A DNA stretch of 64,000 nt. It comes from Candidatus Cloacimonadales bacterium (GTDB lineage Bacteria; Cloacimonadota; Cloacimonadia; Cloacimonadales; JAFGVF01). A program made the translations under genes and the position numbers. This document shows positions 60,707 to 64,000 of this stretch, piece by piece. The notes under the pieces were generated by a model, which searched no databases, was not told where the DNA came from, and saw only the letters and a list, made by a program, of their open reading frames with translations. Every line of letters starts with the position of its first letter. The first letter of the stretch is position 1. Location of the stretch: contig OY759729.1 of NCBI GenBank assembly GCA_963662585.1, positions 1,376,001-1,440,000 on the forward strand. The letters are read 5' to 3'.

Positions 60707-61489
60707 ATGCTTAATGCTCTTTTCGAATTAAGATACTCTTCTCCTATTATAGCAACAGCAATTCATAATGGACACTACATCAGACCTGAGCTTAAAGAAA
60801 ATTTACTGATTGAAGATTGTGATCGAAGAAGAGAAGAAGATCCATTTACCAACAGTATTATTCGCTCTTTTGATAATCGAATAGTGGTAAACACCTCTAG
60901 GTTTGAAGTTGATTTAAACAGAGTTAGAGAAAGGGCTATTTATAAAAACCCTGATGATTGCTGGGGATTAGATGTATGGAAAAGAGCTTTAACAGATAAT
61001 GAAACAGAAGAATCTCTTGTTCAATATGATAATTTTTATAGAAGACTAGATGGAGTAATTGCTGAGACAATTGCAAGTTTTGGTTATGCTATAGTATTAG
61101 ATATACACTCCTATAATCATCATCGCTTAGGACCTGACCAAGCTTTTGATAGCTTGGAAAATAATCCCCAGATTATTTTAGGAACAAGTAATATGCCTAG
61201 AACTTATTTAGAAAAGATAAAAATTATTCAAATGAAGTTCCAAGAAAATATCTATGAAGGCGATAAACTAGATTGCCGTATTGATGTTAAATTCCCTGGA
61301 GGGAATATGTCTAGGCATCTGCATAGAGAATTCCCAGGTAAAGTTATCTCTCTCTCAATCGAGTTTAAAAAGACTTTCATGGACGAATGGAGTGGTGAAT
61401 TATATAAAGAAAAACTAGAGGACTTAATCTCAGCTTTACACTCAATAGTCCCTCTCTTAAAAAGAGATTTGATTGTGGATTTTGAGTAA
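60707..61489 (+). CDS. N-formylglutamate amidohydrolase family protein
   Basis: AIHNGH, EEDPFT, SRFEVDLNR, DIHSY, FPGG, IEF. Confidence 0.85.
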   Translation: MLNALFELRYSSPIIATAIHNGHYIRPELKENLLIEDCDRRREEDPFTNSIIRSFDNRIVVNTSRFEVDLNRVRERAIYKNPDDCWGLDVWKRALTDNETEESLVQYDNFYRRLDGVIAETIASFGYAIVLDIHSYNHHRLGPDQAFDSLENNPQIILGTSNMPRTYLEKIKIIQMKFQENIYEGDKLDCRIDVKFPGGNMSRHLHREFPGKVISLSIEFKKTFMDEWSGELYKEKLEDLISALHSIVPLLKRDLIVDFE

Positions 61490-61555
61490 TAGTTTCTATA
61501 GGGAGTTGAGTAAAAAAAAGATTCACTCAGCTCTTGACATTAAGGATAAAAAACC

Positions 61556-63085
61556 ATGAAAAAAGTCCTCCTAGCAATCTTAATACTCTTTTCCATCTAC
61601 AGTCTAGAGGCTGTTGAGAAAAGCGTCTATTTCCTCCTACATGGACTCTACAGTTCAAATTATCACTGGAGGGAGCTATTAGATTCCCAAGAGTTTGCTA
61701 GAAGTGAGTTCTCCTATGCTGGCAATTTCTATCTAACTGAAAATATGTTTGGGATAAATCAATTTGTAGTAACTCCCGAGCTTAAAGATAAAATTGATTT
61801 GCAAGCAATTCAAAATAACTCTGTGTTCACTATTAATTTTGCTTCAGGGTTCAAGAATGATTTCCAACAACAAGCTCTGCAGATAGAAAAAGTGCTAGAG
61901 CTTTTCCCTGATGATGCTACTAATTATTATTTGGTAGGCCATTCCATGGGAGGATTAGCAGCCAGGCAGTACATAAGCAATAACCTCAATAGAAATATTA
62001 AGGGAATGATAACTATCGGGACTCCTAACCTTGGCTCCTATTTAGGAAATACCAATACTAATCTAACAGCATTTTTAGGAATTATCACAGGCTTAGTTAA
62101 AAGACCTGATAATTTAATCACTGGGATTTCTAGGATTTGGAAAGAAGATAAGAAAAATGTTACTCCCGCTCTAGCTCCTGATAGCAAAGAGTTGCAGGAA
62201 TTAAACAGTAAAGAGTTTCCCCCAGACATTAAAGCACTTTGCCTATTTAGCACTATAAATACGCCTGAAGAGATAGATAATCTCTCTGCTGATGAGCAAA
62301 TAGTTCATCAAGTACTGCAAATGGAAAAACTAAAATCATTTAGTTCAATAAAGCCTAAAGATGTAGAGATTACCACCTTATATAATGACCTTTATTATAA
62401 TGATGGACTAGTTTCTATAGCCTCTCAAAATATCAATAACGCTATACCCAACAAGTATCAGATTGAAGCTTATCATATTCCTACAAGAGTTTATCATGAT
62501 AATGAACCTCATGATGTTAAGCATATTATACCTGCAATGAGAATAATTAAAGGTAACAAACACAAAAGAGAATACAATCTTTTTATCTATTCAACTACCC
62601 AAGAGATTATAACTGAGGATTACTTCTACTCTATCAGTAAGTCCTTTTTTAATACAGATACCTATGATGCTACATTAGTAGTTGAGAGAAATGACAGTTT
62701 GAAAGTTCTATCAGTAAGCAAATATCCCCCACTCTATGATTATGGGATTTTTTTAGTAAACGATTCTGAGAAACTCCTAGAGATTCAGAAGAAAATTGAT
62801 TCTACTTGGGTAAAAGCAATTATTGTTGATTTCTCAATCAATAACAATATTAAGCTTTTTGAAGATAAAGATTGTATCTATATAAAAGTCGTTACTGTTA
62901 CGGAAGCAGAGTGTTTTTTCAAATTCCTCAGTGATGTGTTAAGCGGAAAAGTATATGTTAAGCAAGATGAATTGGAAAGAGTTAAAGAGCAAATTATCAG
63001 ATACTACTTTACGACTTCTAACATGACTGAAAGATTAAAAATACCTGATCAATGGTGGGATGATTATTTAAGATTCTTCCAGTAG
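61556..63085 (+). CDS. Secreted alpha/beta hydrolase (lipase/PGAP1-like)
   Basis: Signal peptide, LLHGL, GHSMGG nucleophile elbow, IGTPNLGS, NDGLV. Confidence 0.8.
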   Translation: MKKVLLAILILFSIYSLEAVEKSVYFLLHGLYSSNYHWRELLDSQEFARSEFSYAGNFYLTENMFGINQFVVTPELKDKIDLQAIQNNSVFTINFASGFKNDFQQQALQIEKVLELFPDDATNYYLVGHSMGGLAARQYISNNLNRNIKGMITIGTPNLGSYLGNTNTNLTAFLGIITGLVKRPDNLITGISRIWKEDKKNVTPALAPDSKELQELNSKEFPPDIKALCLFSTINTPEEIDNLSADEQIVHQVLQMEKLKSFSSIKPKDVEITTLYNDLYYNDGLVSIASQNINNAIPNKYQIEAYHIPTRVYHDNEPHDVKHIIPAMRIIKGNKHKREYNLFIYSTTQEIITEDYFYSISKSFFNTDTYDATLVVERNDSLKVLSVSKYPPLYDYGIFLVNDSEKLLEIQKKIDSTWVKAIIVDFSINNNIKLFEDKDCIYIKVVTVTEAECFFKFLSDVLSGKVYVKQDELERVKEQIIRYYFTTSNMTERLKIPDQWWDDYLRFFQ

Positions 63086-63645
63086 ATTATCAAGTTCTCA
63101 ATTGTTTCTTTAGGTATTAAAGCTGTTAGATCTTCCTGCTTTTCTAATTTAGCACGAATTTCTGTAGAGGAAATATCATAAGGTTCTATCTCTATGATAT
63201 TAAATCTCTTATCTATTTCTTTATTTTCGGCAAAAGAATCACTATTTCTACTTACCACAGTGAAATTCACATTATCTAAAAGCCATTCCCATTGATACCA
63301 CTTAGAGAAACTAAGAGCATTATCATAACCAATAATGAAAGTAAATTCTTGTTCAGAATAGTGTTCTATCACTCTTTGAATCAGATTATAAGTGTAGTTA
63401 ATGCCGTACTGGGGTGAATCTAAATCGCTGACTTCAAACTGGGAATTATTACTAATAGCTAATTCTATCAAGTGATATCTTTGCTCAAAAGCTAAAAGAA
63501 GATTTGTGGATTTTAAAGGGTGATTTCCATTTGGCATAAAGATAACTTTCTGAGCTACCCTCTTCCTGATAATCTCCTTTGCGATATAAATATGACCATT
63601 ATGGATGGGGTTAAAGGCCCCACCCAAAATAGCAAAATCATACAT
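63064..63645 (-). CDS. nadD: Nicotinate-nucleotide adenylyltransferase
   Basis: GGAFNPIHNGH, FIIGYD, KWYQWE, ISSTEIR. Confidence 0.93.
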   Translation of the reverse strand: MYDFAILGGAFNPIHNGHIYIAKEIIRKRVAQKVIFMPNGNHPLKSTNLLLAFEQRYHLIELAISNNSQFEVSDLDSPQYGINYTYNLIQRVIEHYSEQEFTFIIGYDNALSFSKWYQWEWLLDNVNFTVVSRNSDSFAENKEIDKRFNIIEIEPYDISSTEIRAKLEKQEDLTALIPKETIENLIIYWKNLK

Positions 63646-63998
63646 TATTTTAACTTTTTAATAATTTTCTTAGTTAGTTTTTCATCTGGATAAGAGAGTC
63701 TTAGATACTCTTTAAAGGAATTAGCTCTATCCATATTGTCTTGTTCAAAATATATAATAGCACTGTAATAGGCACTTTTCATATCAATTTCACTTGAAGA
63801 ACCTGCTGATAGAACCTCACTAAAATATAGTAATGCTGCAGGGTAATCTGAAAGCATAAAGTAAGTATAACCATTTAGATATGTCTTTTCTAAAAGTTTA
63901 ACTTCAGCTTCTTTGATAATTTCAATTGATTCAGCTCGATATTTACCAGTTGGGAATCTAACTAAATACTCTTCTAGAGCAGAAATTGCAGCATTTGT
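63645..63998 (-). CDS. bamD: Outer-membrane assembly lipoprotein BamD-like TPR protein, C-terminal part (runs off the window)
   Basis: Frame open to the window end: TNAAISALEEYLVRFPTGKY...KLLEK...YFMLSDYPAALLYF...YPD matches the BamD/ComL TPR pattern. Confidence 0.65.
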   Translation of the reverse strand, partial: TNAAISALEEYLVRFPTGKYRAESIEIIKEAEVKLLEKTYLNGYTYFMLSDYPAALLYFSEVLSAGSSSEIDMKSAYYSAIIYFEQDNMDRANSFKEYLRLSYPDEKLTKKIIKKLK

Positions 63999-64000
63999 TT

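Overview
AT-rich bacterial chromosome segment. It is probably from an anaerobic FCB-group organism such as Ca. Cloacimonadota; this is inferred from the many secreted proteins ending in an NYPNPFNP...KMxLxK FlgD-Ig/T9SS-like sorting domain, a C25 gingipain-like protease and SOR/rubrerythrin oxygen defence. Housekeeping content: a complete S10-spc-alpha ribosomal cluster (no adk, not preceded by tuf), recG, hflKC, a short divergent rho, tRNA-Val(GAC), glyQ, nadD, bamD, an ABC-F ATPase, phnCDE-type genes and an oxidative-stress operon. The most unusual region is 37.5-48.7 kb. It holds a tandem array of secreted proteins: three mosaic near-identical paralogs with swapped C-terminal sorting domains, plus a beta-helix protein. 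The array is punctuated by three copies of a conserved non-coding module (ECF-type promoter TGTCAGA-N16-CGTC, a short C/U-rich segment and a hairpin) and lies divergent from an orphan ECF sigma-like gene with a long C-terminal extension. Also notable: an AdoCbl-type (Wx9EH) B12 sensor coupled to a soluble histidine kinase, several long structured leaders, and intergenic clusters of nested REP/MITE-like micro-elements. No CRISPR array, transposase, integrase or reverse transcriptase is visible.
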